A stretch of DNA of 60,881 nt, filler included, from Sphacelaria rigidula (lineage: Eukaryota), in NCBI GenBank assembly GCA_964200075.2. It is 8 parts of 8 records of this genome, joined end to end, with 100 filler letters (N's around TTAATTAATTAA, not from the genome) between each part and the next. Parts side by side here need not be neighbours in the genome. Positions count along the whole stretch, not along the records: positions 22,870 to 30,392 come from CAXNAA020014522.1; positions 30,493 to 38,015 come from CAXNAA020014523.1; 6 more parts are not named here. One strand, given 5' to 3'. Below are positions 23,889 through 36,011 of this stretch, piece by piece (position 1 is the first letter of the stretch; every line of letters starts with the position of its first letter). A program made the position numbers and the translations under genes. The notes under the pieces are model-generated. The model saw only the letters and a list, made by a program, of their open reading frames with translations. It was not told where the DNA came from and did no database searches.

Positions 23889-25519
23889 TAACCGCTGCTA
23901 CTACTAGTACTGCTACTGCTACTACTACTACTACTACTTCTACGACGACGGCGACGACGACTGGTGCTCCTACTTCTACTACTACTACTACTACTACTAC
24001 CACTACTACTATTACTACCACCACTACTACTACTACTACTACTACCACTACCACTACTACTACCACCACCACTACTACTACCACTACTAACCTACTACTA
24101 CTACTACTACTACTACTACTCTAATACACTTTTGCCGAGTTTCCTCAGGCGGCAAGGCATCTTATCACGCGCTTTATTTTGCAGTGCACGAAGAAGGTGC
24201 AGCGGTACATTACCTTTCAGGCTTGGGTGCCATCTGATACCTGTGGCGCGTGTTCTGGCCATCGAAAGTCGCCCACACTGGCTCTTTTTCGCGAGGTGTC
24301 GATCCCGAACCACAAAAGCCTTTTCATGGCGGGGTATTTTTTCACATGATTTTGTTTGCGCACTCGTTGAATTGGGAGCACGAAGACTGCAAGTATGCAG
24401 CGGATGTCACGAGAACATGATAGCAAAGCAGTTGAAACCGATTGAACATTGCCTTCGCATTAGTCAGCAGCAAACACAAGACCATGCAATGAGCCGTTGG
24501 TGAGTTGAAGAAGGCACACACGCGGGCAAACGTCCCCACTGTGGGTCACCTGTTGTGGAGGATTAGCGCAAGGGGTTCCGAAATCCTTGTGATCATGCAA
24601 CCCGTAAGAGAGAGTTCCCTCACAGGATGCACCTGTGAGTACCGGCGCAGGGATGTCCTTGTGACAGGGATGACAGATGTCCTTGTGACAGGGATGCATC
24701 CCTACGTAGGTACTCGACAGAGGGGGCCTAAAGAAATGAACGTACACAATGGTTGGTCCTGAGGAGATACCGCCAACCCTAACGCTAACCGTGACCCTAA
24801 CATCGGCAAAGGCATACCGAGAACCTTCGGGAAAGGGGGTAGCAGAGTGTTTCTCGAATAAAGCGTGCATTGCGAGAGCTCAAATCGACGCCTTTGAGCC
24901 AATTTTGGACCAAAACACGTTCCGGACGAGCTGGGTCTACTGCTCACCACTGCTCACCTGCCAGACATCATGAATTTTCTTAGAACTTTCTTCAGTCTGA
25001 AATCATGTAAAATCGAGTACCAATCATTGTTTACGTACATCTCTCTAGGTCTACCAAGTGTGATTTGAAATCCGTGCGCGCGGGGTGGGGTCGGCATGGA
25101 GAACCTTGCACAAGTTCGCCATGTACTACCGGGACGCGGCCTTTTTTCAGTAGTAATCACTTGCGATGTGTGCTGCGACGGGTAGCGTGCATGATGGTGC
25201 TTTTTCCACCTCCGCACACCGACCGTGAAGCGAGCTTTTCATGCTGGAAGTGTCCAACCCTCTTCCCGTGGTGATCTCCGCTCTTGGTCTGAGACAACTG
25301 AAAGTGCGGAAAATGACAGCATCTACTGGAAGGTGCATATTCTCCCACACAAATGCCTTCATAATATGGAAATGGAATAGCACTAACATATTTTCGACTT
25401 GCGTCACCCCCGGGAGGCCAGTACCAACCTCCCGAAGGGAAAACTTGTAATAATTATAACAACAATTATAATAATTATTATTATTTATTATAATAATTAT
25501 TATTATAATGATAATAAAT

Positions 25520-25562
<43 letters not shown>

Positions 25563-28119
25563 TCATTTTAAAAATAATTATTAATAATAGTTACTATTAT
25601 AATAATTATTTTTAATAGTAATTATTATTATAATAATCATAATAATAATAAATAATACTATTAATTCTGCTTTCCATACTACTAATACCAATACTGCTGC
25701 TGCCACAGTAACAGTCACAAAAAAATGAATCACATAAACACATCAAACGCCAACCGTTCCGCCACCCGTCCATCCACCAGTGGCGTTCGTGTTTCGCTGC
25801 TCCAAGACGACACCTATAGGCTGTTGCGTGCTCAAACCCGCATGCCTTGCTCTACCGTTTGTGTCGGTTTCACGAGTCTCAAATTCGACAACCATGGCGA
25901 CCACGGGATCCCGAAGGCAAAATACGTACACGCCCACCCCACCGTATACTCACACGCAACAGGTGCGAAGTTTTCAGCCCTAGGTGTTACTTACACGCTT
26001 CCCAAGCATCACTATACGCGTCTTGATTTTAGTACAGGTCATGGATGTGCTAGAACGCGAAGACGTCTACGGGGGAGAACTTCTGGAGCAGTACCGCCAC
26101 TGGGGTGTCAGCTGTGAAACATGGTGAAACCCGAGCACTCTTCCGAGCATTCTTCTCGCTGCTGGAGGCAATGAACTCTACCGCGTGCCCATTTTTTCGT
26201 ATTACGCTAAAAAAAAAAAATGTGTGCAGGGATCGAACCGTCAACTTCACCGATGGGTGAGTTCCGCATCTGTTTCCGAACATCATGAGGAGAACGTTCT
26301 CCATACCATGACGGGCACGTTCTCGGTATGTGTGAAAGACTGAACACGAATAAAGAAAGGATGCCCACCTTTCCGTTCGACGGTAGGCAAGAATAAACCA
26401 TACATGAAAATAGAAACGTACGTCCAGCGCAGAAACAGAAATGTAGCTACAGAAGCCAATGTTCGGATACGTGATTCACGTAATTGTAGTCGGGATTTGT
26501 CCGAATACTTGATTCGTCATCTTCAAGCACTCAATGGGTTGCGAAGCGGTATGCCTTGGTATCCGAAGCAGGTCGTTCTCAACATACCTTGTCCACTTCA
26601 TGCTGTCGGGACGAGACGGAGTAAAAGGTCGTGATTCAGGGGATATTTTGGACCGTACAAGGTCTAAAAACAAGTTTTTTCAGCTGTAGCGCAATGCAAA
26701 GCAAGGAAACAAGAATCCTGAACCATGAAATAGCTCACTAACTACGACCGGAATTGGTTTGGGCAAGCGACGATATCCAAAAAGAAGCTGTACACGCCTA
26801 GGGCCCCCCGACAACCAGGTTAGCCCGCAAGTCGTTGAAAATTGACAGCAAGAAATATTTCAAGTATACGCCGAGTACAAGCATCTTTGTACGCTCCAAC
26901 GTTTGGGATTCAGCGGTAACCGTGATGAACCTTGATAGCCGAAAAGCCTGGGGAAAAAACGCTTTCAATCGGGAAAAAAAAGTAATCAAATATGGACTAC
27001 TGGTACCATGTATGTCATTTCGACAAAAACGAAATTCGGGTCAAACAAAATCACTCTACTGGAAACAAATGGTGCCGTCTACATACAAGTACGTATCTGA
27101 AGTCATGCGGCAGGTGCCTGCCGGGTTCGCTTCGTCTGTACGTTTGTCTTCTCTTGACTCTGATAAAATTGTCCTTCTGTTTTTGTGAATGTTTCCTCTT
27201 TCTCGAGTTTCCTTGAACGAGTGCTTCCGTCTACTACCGCGTGCGCGTCTACCTTGTGACCACAGTTGGGTTCGCAACGATACGGTTCATGTGCGACAAT
27301 CCCCCCATTAATATTCAAGTCGATCTCCACGTTTTCCCGCCTTGAGTCATCTGCTTCATGGCTTTCTATCTAGAGCTTTGCCCGGCGCCTGTCGGGAGGG
27401 GGTCCCTCGGGATCGTCCTCAGTCAGGCGTCCCCCTCAACAAGTTTTATCATACGTTACTATTTCTGCATACCTTCTTTTCCCCCTACTCGAGTTATCTC
27501 CTGCGAATGATTTCAATCATATGACTTCGACACGTCTACCGTGTAGCCCATATCCGATTTCATTCGTAGAGGATCACTGAATGACACTATCGATTGATCG
27601 AGCAATTGATCAATTCTCCCCATTCCCATCTTGCGTGGTTTACTGAACACCCAATCCCCCCCCCCCCCCCGCCAAGGACCACGACCAGGTGCTTACTTTG
27701 ACCAGAGGATACGCAGTTGCGGGAAGTGGATGGTGAGAAGCGTGAGCTGTGACGTGATGGATGTCAGCTTGATGTCCGTGGTCAGGTCACCCGATCCGAG
27801 GAGACAGAATGCCTTCGATCCATCCCACACCGTGAAAAAACAAAATGAACACCGAACGAAGAGGGGGCAGAATGACATGACGCGAAGGGCAGGAGAGAGA
27901 GAGAGTCAGTCACAAGCAGAGGCTACATCATACAGTCTAGAAGGCTAAAAAGAGGGGGGTTAGATGAGTGTACTTCACAGGTACAACAGTAAGACCAAAC
28001 TGACGAATCAACGATTAATTCAATCGATCGACTGCTCTTCGAATTTTCCACGCATACATTCACCATAGAATCAACCCGACAGAATATCTAGTCATACCTG
28101 CAGATAACGTTTTCAGCAT

Positions 28120-28175
<56 letters not shown>

Positions 28176-29500
28176 CGAGTCACCCGCAATATAGGTGAAG
28201 CGAACATCGGGTATGCAAACCAAAAAAAAACATGGCCAGCACTGCCCTGACACAGTGTTGTGATCATACGAAGCGGGAGGTGGGATCACGTGGGGTGACG
28301 GCGGACGAACATAAGGGAAAATAAGCAATCGATGCAAGCAAGTAAACCGAATAGATACACCTGCACCATGAAAAATTGACGGGGGAAAAAATGAGAGAAT
28401 CGAGAGTACACAAATTTCACGGCAGTACAACAGTAAATAAACGTGGTAGCAAATCATCGTGGCACGGCGAGACAATTTTCCTCGCTCCCCTCCGTTTCTG
28501 TCGCTCCCCGTTTTTCTGCTTACGCTACATCTTTGTTCTTGTTTTTGTTTTTGTTCGTCTTTCTTGGCTTCTTTCTTTAAGGTTTACCCCCATTTGTCTG
28601 GCATATCTTCTTTTTTGCCCTTTCCTCCCTCTACAGCGAGCATGTCCGTTGTGTTCACTATGGGTACATCTACTTCGTGGAGAATGACGACGGCTGAGCC
28701 CCTAGGGGATCCGTCAATGTGACGGATCGATCCGTCAATGATTTTCATCGTATCCAGGCCAAGAGACACGACAAAAGAAATCCGTCGTGCGATACCCTGC
28801 GATCTCTGGATTGCATTCGCTGAGCAACACCAAACACTGTAAGAACACAAAGCGAATCGTCCAACCTTCCACCGCGCGAACATCAGTTCTTGTCGCCATG
28901 CAAGCAGTTAAGGGTACACTGCGTATCACGGTGACAATTTTCCGGACGCAACAAATACTCCAAACCTTCAAGTCTCCCGACGATGATGAGGATGTACTCT
29001 CAAAATGGCTCCGGGAGCAGATACACCCCGCAAGGCACATATCGGTGTCACCAGAAACAGTCTTCGAGAAAATCGAGTCTGAAATGTTTCGTACTAACGG
29101 GTGTCATGTTCCAAAAACGAGCATTTGACTTCTGAATCAATGAGCGCTCCCTGATTCAGTAGTCAAATATCTGCTCCACCGGCAAAGGATATGATGAGAG
29201 CCTGCTTTTCGGCATGGCCACGTCACATATCTCCGGAGCTGCGAGTCTCTCGCAAGCCTATCCATTCAAGGTCCGAATTCCAGCAATAATTGATCATTCC
29301 GAGACTCCAGAGCCTCATCTTCACTGCAACAAGCGGAGATTCGACCACTGAGCCGGCGAGCGGTCGTTGGTTTAGAGGTCAAACGTCGGTCTCTAGTACA
29401 ACATTATATTCCTCGTACTACGAGGCTTGTACAGTACCTTATCCGGATTGAACTCGATCAGCAGTACCGGACACTTGTAGTGCTTCAGGATAGACTCCAC
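23492..29500 (-). CDS. ERCC4: DNA repair endonuclease XPF (ERCC4/Rad1/UVH1), three internal exons: 29438-29500, 27697-27812, 23492-23678
   Basis: Phase-compatible GT-AG exons give VESILKHYKCPVLLIEFNPDK|AFCLLGSGDLTTDIKLTSITSQLTLLTIHFPQLRILWSK|SEHATADMFKELMK...ELLMRLPGVNVHNFRN. This matches the XPF nuclease C-terminus (HYxxPxLLIEF, LTLLTxHFPxLRILW, HATAxxF) and the first HhH motif. Confidence 0.95.
23770..24122. repeat. Compound trinucleotide microsatellite (ACA)n/(CTA)n/(CCA)n in an XPF intron
   Basis: Directly visible. Confidence 0.97.
25448..25665. repeat. (AAT)n/(ATT)n microsatellite
   Basis: Directly visible. Confidence 0.97.
28122..28172. repeat. (AC)n microsatellite
   Basis: Directly visible. 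Confidence 0.97.
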
Positions 29501-31788
29501 CTGCGGACGCCGTACATGATCATTGCCGAAAACGCAGAAACCGCGCAACGTGCGAACGAAACGACGGGAATTTGAAAACCTACTCAGGCATCGTTGAGGG
29601 ATGGTCTCTCGCGAGGATTTCAACCCCTTGACTGCCACCACACATAAATCTCTCCTTCAGTAAATTCGGTACAAATATTATATCACAAAACGTGCGCATA
29701 GGGACACATGGGCTCCAAGTGACCCCTTCACGCAACCAAGGGATCGAGCATGAGCTCTTCAGGAGCATTTAGGGCCGAAGCTCATAAGAGCAGGGCAGCG
29801 CGTGTACGGCGCCAAGTTGGCATTAATTAGGGATTTTAGCGGGAGCATCCCCCACACTGCCTTGAGCCACCGCTCGAGGCGCCTTCCCCACATGACTGCA
29901 GCGAGGTGGTCTAGCCGAGCCTTTGGGTAATCGGCATCCCAACTCGCTTGCGAAACTCGCTTACGGGTTAAGTATTGGGTTGGGTTTTGTTTTTCCGTCA
30001 AGGCAAGAGAAAAAAAAAACGAGAGCCTGCTGCAGCTTTTCGGAACCAATGGACGTTTTCACTCGGTGTGTGTAGGACCTATTAGCGGGAACATCACTCG
30101 TTCTATTTGACGAGCACCTTGCATCAGTTCGCGCACCCAGGTCAACATGACTCCACCTCCCGCCACAAGAAAAAAAAAAACATTCTTGCTTCCCATAAAC
30201 TCGGCGAGACCTTATATGACACCCCATACAGGTCGGCAGATCGCCACAAGAACGATCTAGGATCTTCTGAGCTCTGGCTCTAGTGTACGGGTTATGAGTT
30301 GTTCTGTTTCCTCACACTTTGAACCCCTCCCCTTCCTCGGGATGAGTCCGTGGTCTCAAGGGATCAACCCATCTCTCCCCCGGTACGGCAAANNNNNNNN
30401 NNNNNNNNNNNNNNNNNNNNNNNNNNNNNNNNNNNNTTAATTAATTAANNNNNNNNNNNNNNNNNNNNNNNNNNNNNNNNNNNNNNNNNNNNAGCAGAAC
30501 GTGTTTTCGTTGAAATCGGCCCCACAGGCGCAGATTTGGGGTCCACCAAGGCCTCACTTTGTTCAGAGAATGTATTTACCACCCTTGCCCGAGGGTTCTC
30601 GGTGTGCGTTGGGTTGGACCAACCCAACTAGCCTCCTGGCACTCCAGCGTATCGCAAGCATGGAAGAAAAGCTACGCAGTGGCGCAGTGGCATCCAGCAT
30701 ATATGGAACAACGACGGAAGTAACGGTAGGGTTCTCTATATGAATTTCGGATCCATGTCGTTCTCTTCCGATGACGTTAGGCATACTTTACCCGACGAGC
30801 CTGAATAAACCCCAAAAGTCGATCTGTTCGTGTCTTTTCGTGCTTTTGGTCGGTGACACTTTTTTTGCCCAGTTTGGGGGGTCAGGCGCGCCCATAATAG
30901 TGTTTATAGCCTCAGTAGATAGTGCGACATCCGCTGGTCGTACTATCAAATATACCCCCGATTACCAACTGATGACATGGGCGTTTCATAGCAGCACTGC
31001 AAAGCGTAGGTAGTCGTGTATCTTGGCTGCGCATCGCACGTCGAGCTGTGTTGGTTAGCTCCGTATCGGTAGAGGTATCGTCAAGTACGTGTACACTGTG
31101 TTTGAGTATAGAGCATACGGTCAAAACGATCACTACATGCAACATCACAAGCACGTCGGTTTACCAAATATTCTCTTGCCGGTGAACTCGAGCTCTCTGG
31201 GCCTTGTACTACGCTCATGGTGTAGTACAGTTGGATTTGGGAATCGGGGGAGTTTATCTCTGAAATGTGTCCGGGCTGTTCGACATTATTCCAATCATGA
31301 ACAAGTATATCCCCCCCCCTGTTTGTATGGATATGTTATTATGACCTCTGTATGACCCGACCCGCATACTAATAACCCCGGGCCGGTCAACCCGAACCGT
31401 CTTCCCGGGTCTGTCACCCTGGGACTGTCACCCTCCAATCCCCAGTCTGGGATCGTCATTCTCCCGTCTCGGGAGGTATCCCCGTGGGTGCCTCCCCCGC
31501 TCTGTCAGTTCTGTACCTCAAGCCAAACCGGCTTGCAAAGTCCATCCTGTTCTAGTCCACGTCACGGCTCCGCACACTCCGTACCCTTTCACCGGGTGAG
31601 AAGCTACAACCTACACACCCACCCACCGTCCGGGTAGGATAAGTCACGCTCAGTGTACGACTGTGTCTTATAGATATACATGATTTTATACAACGCTCTT
31701 TTGATGCAGAAGCGTGCGTTCTGGCGACCCCCCCCGTGTTCAGAGGCTACATACACCTCTAGACCGCAGACACAGAGAGGGCTGATGG

Positions 31789-34301
31789 TCAGGACATTGC
31801 CGCTGTTCTGATCAATCTCTCGGCCGTGCTGAGCGCCCAAGCCGATGATCTCCGCGCAATATTCGTCCACCAGTGCTTGGATTCCGCTAACCGTTCCTCA
31901 CTAGTTCTGCGCCTGTTTTTTCGCCCAAACGAGTAAGGCAAGCAGCAAATGAGTACCCCCCCCCTCCAAACACTGAGGGGACCGCCTCCAGAACACGCTA
32001 CGTGCACTGGGGTCTCTTCCACGCGAGAAACACGACGACAATAGTTCGTCTACGGTGGGAGGTCACAGACGCATACGATTGAGTAGATACGGCGAAGAAC
32101 ATGCGCAAAACATATCTTGAAGTCGAGAAGGGGGCGGAAGAGTTCGAGGAGAAGTGGCGACGCCGAGACCGAACTCGATCGGAGGGTCGCCACGGCTAAG
32201 ACAACGATAGCAACAGTTCGCGACAAAATCCAGGATTGCAGTGGTCGAGAAAGTGTCCCGAGTTGTACCCGACAAAAGAGAAGTGGGGAAAGTTGGGTTA
32301 ATAAGGAATGGATCCACCATTGTCTTCTCTCTTGGCCTATTGTTTTTGCTTTGCCCTGCGGCCTTGCGGTATTTCCTGGTTATGCTTATGCTTCTTATAC
32401 ATGCTCTTCTGTGTCCTTGGGTTTGATCGCCTCCGCACTTTCGTTCCTCTGTTCTCTTTCTCACTCGATATGTCGTTCTCTCTCCCATTTTATTTCCTCT
32501 TGGTGATATACAGTACCTGATGGTAGTTTGGTGCGTTGCCTGCGTAGGGCTCATGGACGGCAGCTCATGCCCAAAGAGTACGCTCAGAAATAGCTGAGCC
32601 GCAATCTGTTCCCACGGCTTTTTTGCTCTGTTTTGTGAATTGCTGCATGCGCCTTTTCTATTGGTGTCGTTGTTTTGTCCGCCGAAAGCCATGCTGCGGG
32701 GGCTGACCTTTTCTAGTTGGATTGCATCATTTCTATTGCATCCTTTTTTTTCTACTTCTACTCTGTTCCTTTTCTCCCCTGTTTCTGCTTAGTTCGTTTT
32801 TTCTTCAGTTTACTTCATTTGTTTGTTCTTGCCTGTTCAATTGCCATTAGCCCACGTTCGTCGAGGCAGTGATCCACTCGGTCGAGCTTCCGACCTCCGA
32901 ATCGTAGACGAACGGTACCCGGCATGCTCCCTCGCGCGGAAGAGCACCTAGTGCGCGCAGATTCTCTTGGAGGTGATTGCCCCAGTGATATAAAAATCGG
33001 CTAGGCTACTTGGACCCTTGTGTGGCCAACTGTCCGAACATGATGCTTCGGAAGACGTGTTTCGTCGTGGCGGGCAAGGGTCCCCGCGAACCAGCGTTGA
33101 TGCTTGCGGGTGTTCGTATCGATGCGCTTGCAGTTGTTCACCTCGAGCATAGCGCTGTATGCAAAAGGCTTGTGTTCAGTGCAATACTTCCCGCGAAACC
33201 AACTGCTCGCCGCAAAAACTTGTGGTGGGGAGTTCGGAGGCTCTCCAAGCCCTGTGGGTGTAGTGTGGACGTAGCACATCTGTACAGTATAACTTCCTCA
33301 ACCTCCGCTTCCAGCAGCTGGAGTTACAGAGGAATTGCCCACACAGCGCTGATGCGGCGCTTGACCCCGACGGAAATATTTGCGTCTGAGCTGATAGCAC
33401 TGTCAACGTAGAAAACTCGGATGGCTGCTTGTACTGTTGATCTGCCGCCTCGATGTACAGTGCGAAAACTGGGCAGCCGGGTACTGACCACACGTGGATA
33501 GACTCTGTCTTGTTTTCCGACACTGCTGGGCCGAACTCCTGACAGGCCAATACACGCAGCCATCATCCTAGCAAGCCCGTCTTGGGACCTTGAGATTATG
33601 CCGATAATCATACGCCACGCATACAGCGTTCCCTACGCCATGCATCGTACCTTAGCAACGACTCTTCCAGGGGTTCACCATCGTCACCTCTCACGCCACG
33701 CATCGTACTCTGCACTGACAGCAGGCAATTTTGTTCGTCGTAACCGTGAGTGTCGTGCATGTGGCTAACAGAGCCAGAGCGAACACCTGCAGTGCATGAG
33801 GCTCGCGTTCAATCCCGTACCGATCCCGTGCCTTGCGGCGTATGACGCCGTTGTGACATTTCCACCAAGCCGTGATCCAATGAGGTCCTCGGTGGCATCT
33901 TGAACCATTGGCGATTAGTGCATGTCCCAGCGCACCCGTGCATGTGTGTTTCTCACGTATATACTTCACGCAGTCGTGCAAAATGATATTCCCCTCCGAA
34001 CGATGCAACCTGGTCGATCACGCTGTAAAGTCGCTCCCCAGCTGGCTTGTCCTGTTCTTGCCGTGGACGTCTGCACATGAATAGCCGCGTTAAGTCCACC
34101 TCCACGGCTGGGTGAGTGTCGATATCGGTATCATGCACATGGCAGTCCTGCATCGATAGAAAAAAATATATATATTTTTGCCCCCACGCCGGCATACAAG
34201 AACCATTGTACAAGACATGAGCTAGCATCAGCCGCGAAGTACTATCAGCTCACCCGGGTGGCGAGCCCTACACGAAGGAGCACACGTCCAACACGCGACA
34301 T
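31789..34301 (-). CDS. 3' exons of an unknown gene: 34254-34301, 33957-34009, 31789-31912 (possibly also 37336-37386)
   Basis: Canonical splice sites with matching phases give MSRVGRVLLRVGLATR|VASFGGEYHFARLREVYT|RRTSEERLAESKHWWTNIARRSSAWALSTAERLIRTAAMS*. No family recognised. Confidence 0.5.
32025..32480 (+). mobile_element. Degraded 3' fragment of a LINE (same family as 58124-59515)
   Basis: Translates to ...DAYD*VDTAKN...VEKGAEEFEEKWRR, matching DAYDWVTAAKD...VEKGAEEFEDTWRR in the 58.6-58.75 kb copy. Confidence 0.75.
32830..33640 (-). mobile_element. Degraded LINE (RTE-like) reverse transcriptase C-terminal fragment
   Basis: Across frameshifts: SQDGLARMM, CQEFG..VSENKTE, AISSDANISVGVKRRISAVWA, EAEVEEVILYRCAT, RLPKH, LQENLRALGA. 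These are collinear with the 58.8-59.5 kb copy. Confidence 0.88.
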
Positions 34302-35852
34302 CTGTGGAAAGCTATGCTCGAGGCGGACTGTCGGTGGTGGTTTGTGGGTGAAAAGGTGACCAGTTCCCGCGTTGGGCGGTCTGAACGGTGTTGCTGCGTT
34401 TAGGTTTCTCGTAGCCTCGATGGGACGTGAGGGTATGCAGACGGGTGGCGGCCACACCACGAGGACGTGAGCTGCACGATGCGTACGAGGCAGCCCATAA
34501 TGCATAGAGTCCATCTGAAAAAAACTTGCCCATTTCGTTCATGGGACACAATTATCGAGTCAATTGACAACAAGCATGTCTGTTGCAAGACCGCGGCTGC
34601 GAATTGCACATTAATTCCAGTATAGTAATAGATCATCCACTGTACCCCTGTCATGGTGTGTACAGTATTCCAGTGCTAATTTTACCGCACGATACTGTAC
34701 GCTGTTGGGCGTGGTCCAGCATGGTATACGATGGAATGGGAAGACGCAGCTCACGGTTGCGTGCTGGCCTGCGCTGTTGCGCTGTGTACTGGAGTGTCAT
34801 GTAGTTGACCGTCATAAAGCTGAAAGTGCGGTGCACGATCCACTACGGTGCACTGTTCGACGACAGTACACAACACACCGTCTAGTTGAGCCCCTGCGGC
34901 GGTGTGCTGCATCCGAGTGTATCGTGGTGTTCTGTTCTGTACTGACTAGGGTGCCCCATGATCACGTACGGAGTCCTCTGCGATGACAAAGTAGAATACG
35001 CTCGACAGTGTCGTGTACTGTGGTGCACTGCAGTCCACTTGACTGCACTAGAGACTGTCGCACACGGTCGAGTACTTAGTCGTTTGTACTGAATGGTACT
35101 GCCCTCTGCCGTTCAGCAAGGCACTGGGCAGTTTTACTCTGCTGCACTGGCACTGTAAGTTGTCGTGCGCGGTCGAGTATCATGCACTATCTGGTACCGC
35201 CATGTGCACTTGTGTGCTGTACTCTACTGTATTATGCTGTCGATCACGTTAGTGCCCTGTACTATAGCATATTACACATGAAACACGCAAACACATCGCC
35301 GTCACGCCGCGGGTGGGGGTTGCTGAGACTTTCCCTACGCCTCGCAGAACATTGCCCCCTGAATATTTTCGACGTGTTTACTCCAAACGCTAGTCGTTTG
35401 AACTTGTGCTAAGCTTTGCTTGTGACCTGCGGACCCTCGTTGTCAAAGCACCCCCAGGTGAAGGTCCTGTATCGAGGTCGGGCTAGGCTTAAACTCCGTA
35501 TGCGCGCATAAGGTTTAGCTTTATTTGGGTTTTTGTGGCTTGACATAAGTTTTTTTTTCAAAAGCTTGAGGCGAGCATAAAATTTCTGACGAGCTTATGA
35601 TGTGATCGAAATGAGTATAAAGTTGCGATAAATATTCATGCGCCTCCTGCAGCCATTGCAGCAGCTGTCTGAAAGTGTCCCCTATGGCCTATGGCGTGAC
35701 TCTTGACTCGTCACCCGTCACCAGACAGGCTTCAATACCCCAAACTGTCATGGTTGCGGGTCTGATCCGGAAACGTTTCGCTGTATATTTCATATACGTG
35801 ATACTATATTGAATCGCAAAATATAATCAAGATTTACCCACTACAGCGTTTA

Positions 35853-36011
35853 GGCTTTAGCTCCGTATGCGCGCATAAGGTTTAGCTTAATTTGGGTTTT
35901 TGGGGCTTGAATCAAACTTTGCTTCAAGAGCTTGAGGCGAGCAAAAAAATGAGCATAATCAAAAGAAAAATGAGCATAGTTGTAAAAAAAAGCGCTTACG
36001 GAGCTAAAGCC
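35853..36011. mobile_element. PIF/Harbinger (Tourist-like) MITE of 159 bp; a truncated second copy at about 35486-35585
   Basis: TIRs ggctttagctccgtatgcgc / gcgcttacggagctaaagcc, flanked by TTA and TTG (3-bp TSD with one mismatch). Confidence 0.8.

Noticed and set aside
22926..24503. Long ORFs with poly-T, poly-V, poly-L and poly-Y runs
   Set aside because: They are translations of trinucleotide microsatellites and of the XPF antisense strand.
34640..35280. Region rich in gtact/gcact/ctgta motifs with several short ORFs
   Set aside because: It looks like a decayed pentanucleotide simple repeat with no coding signal.
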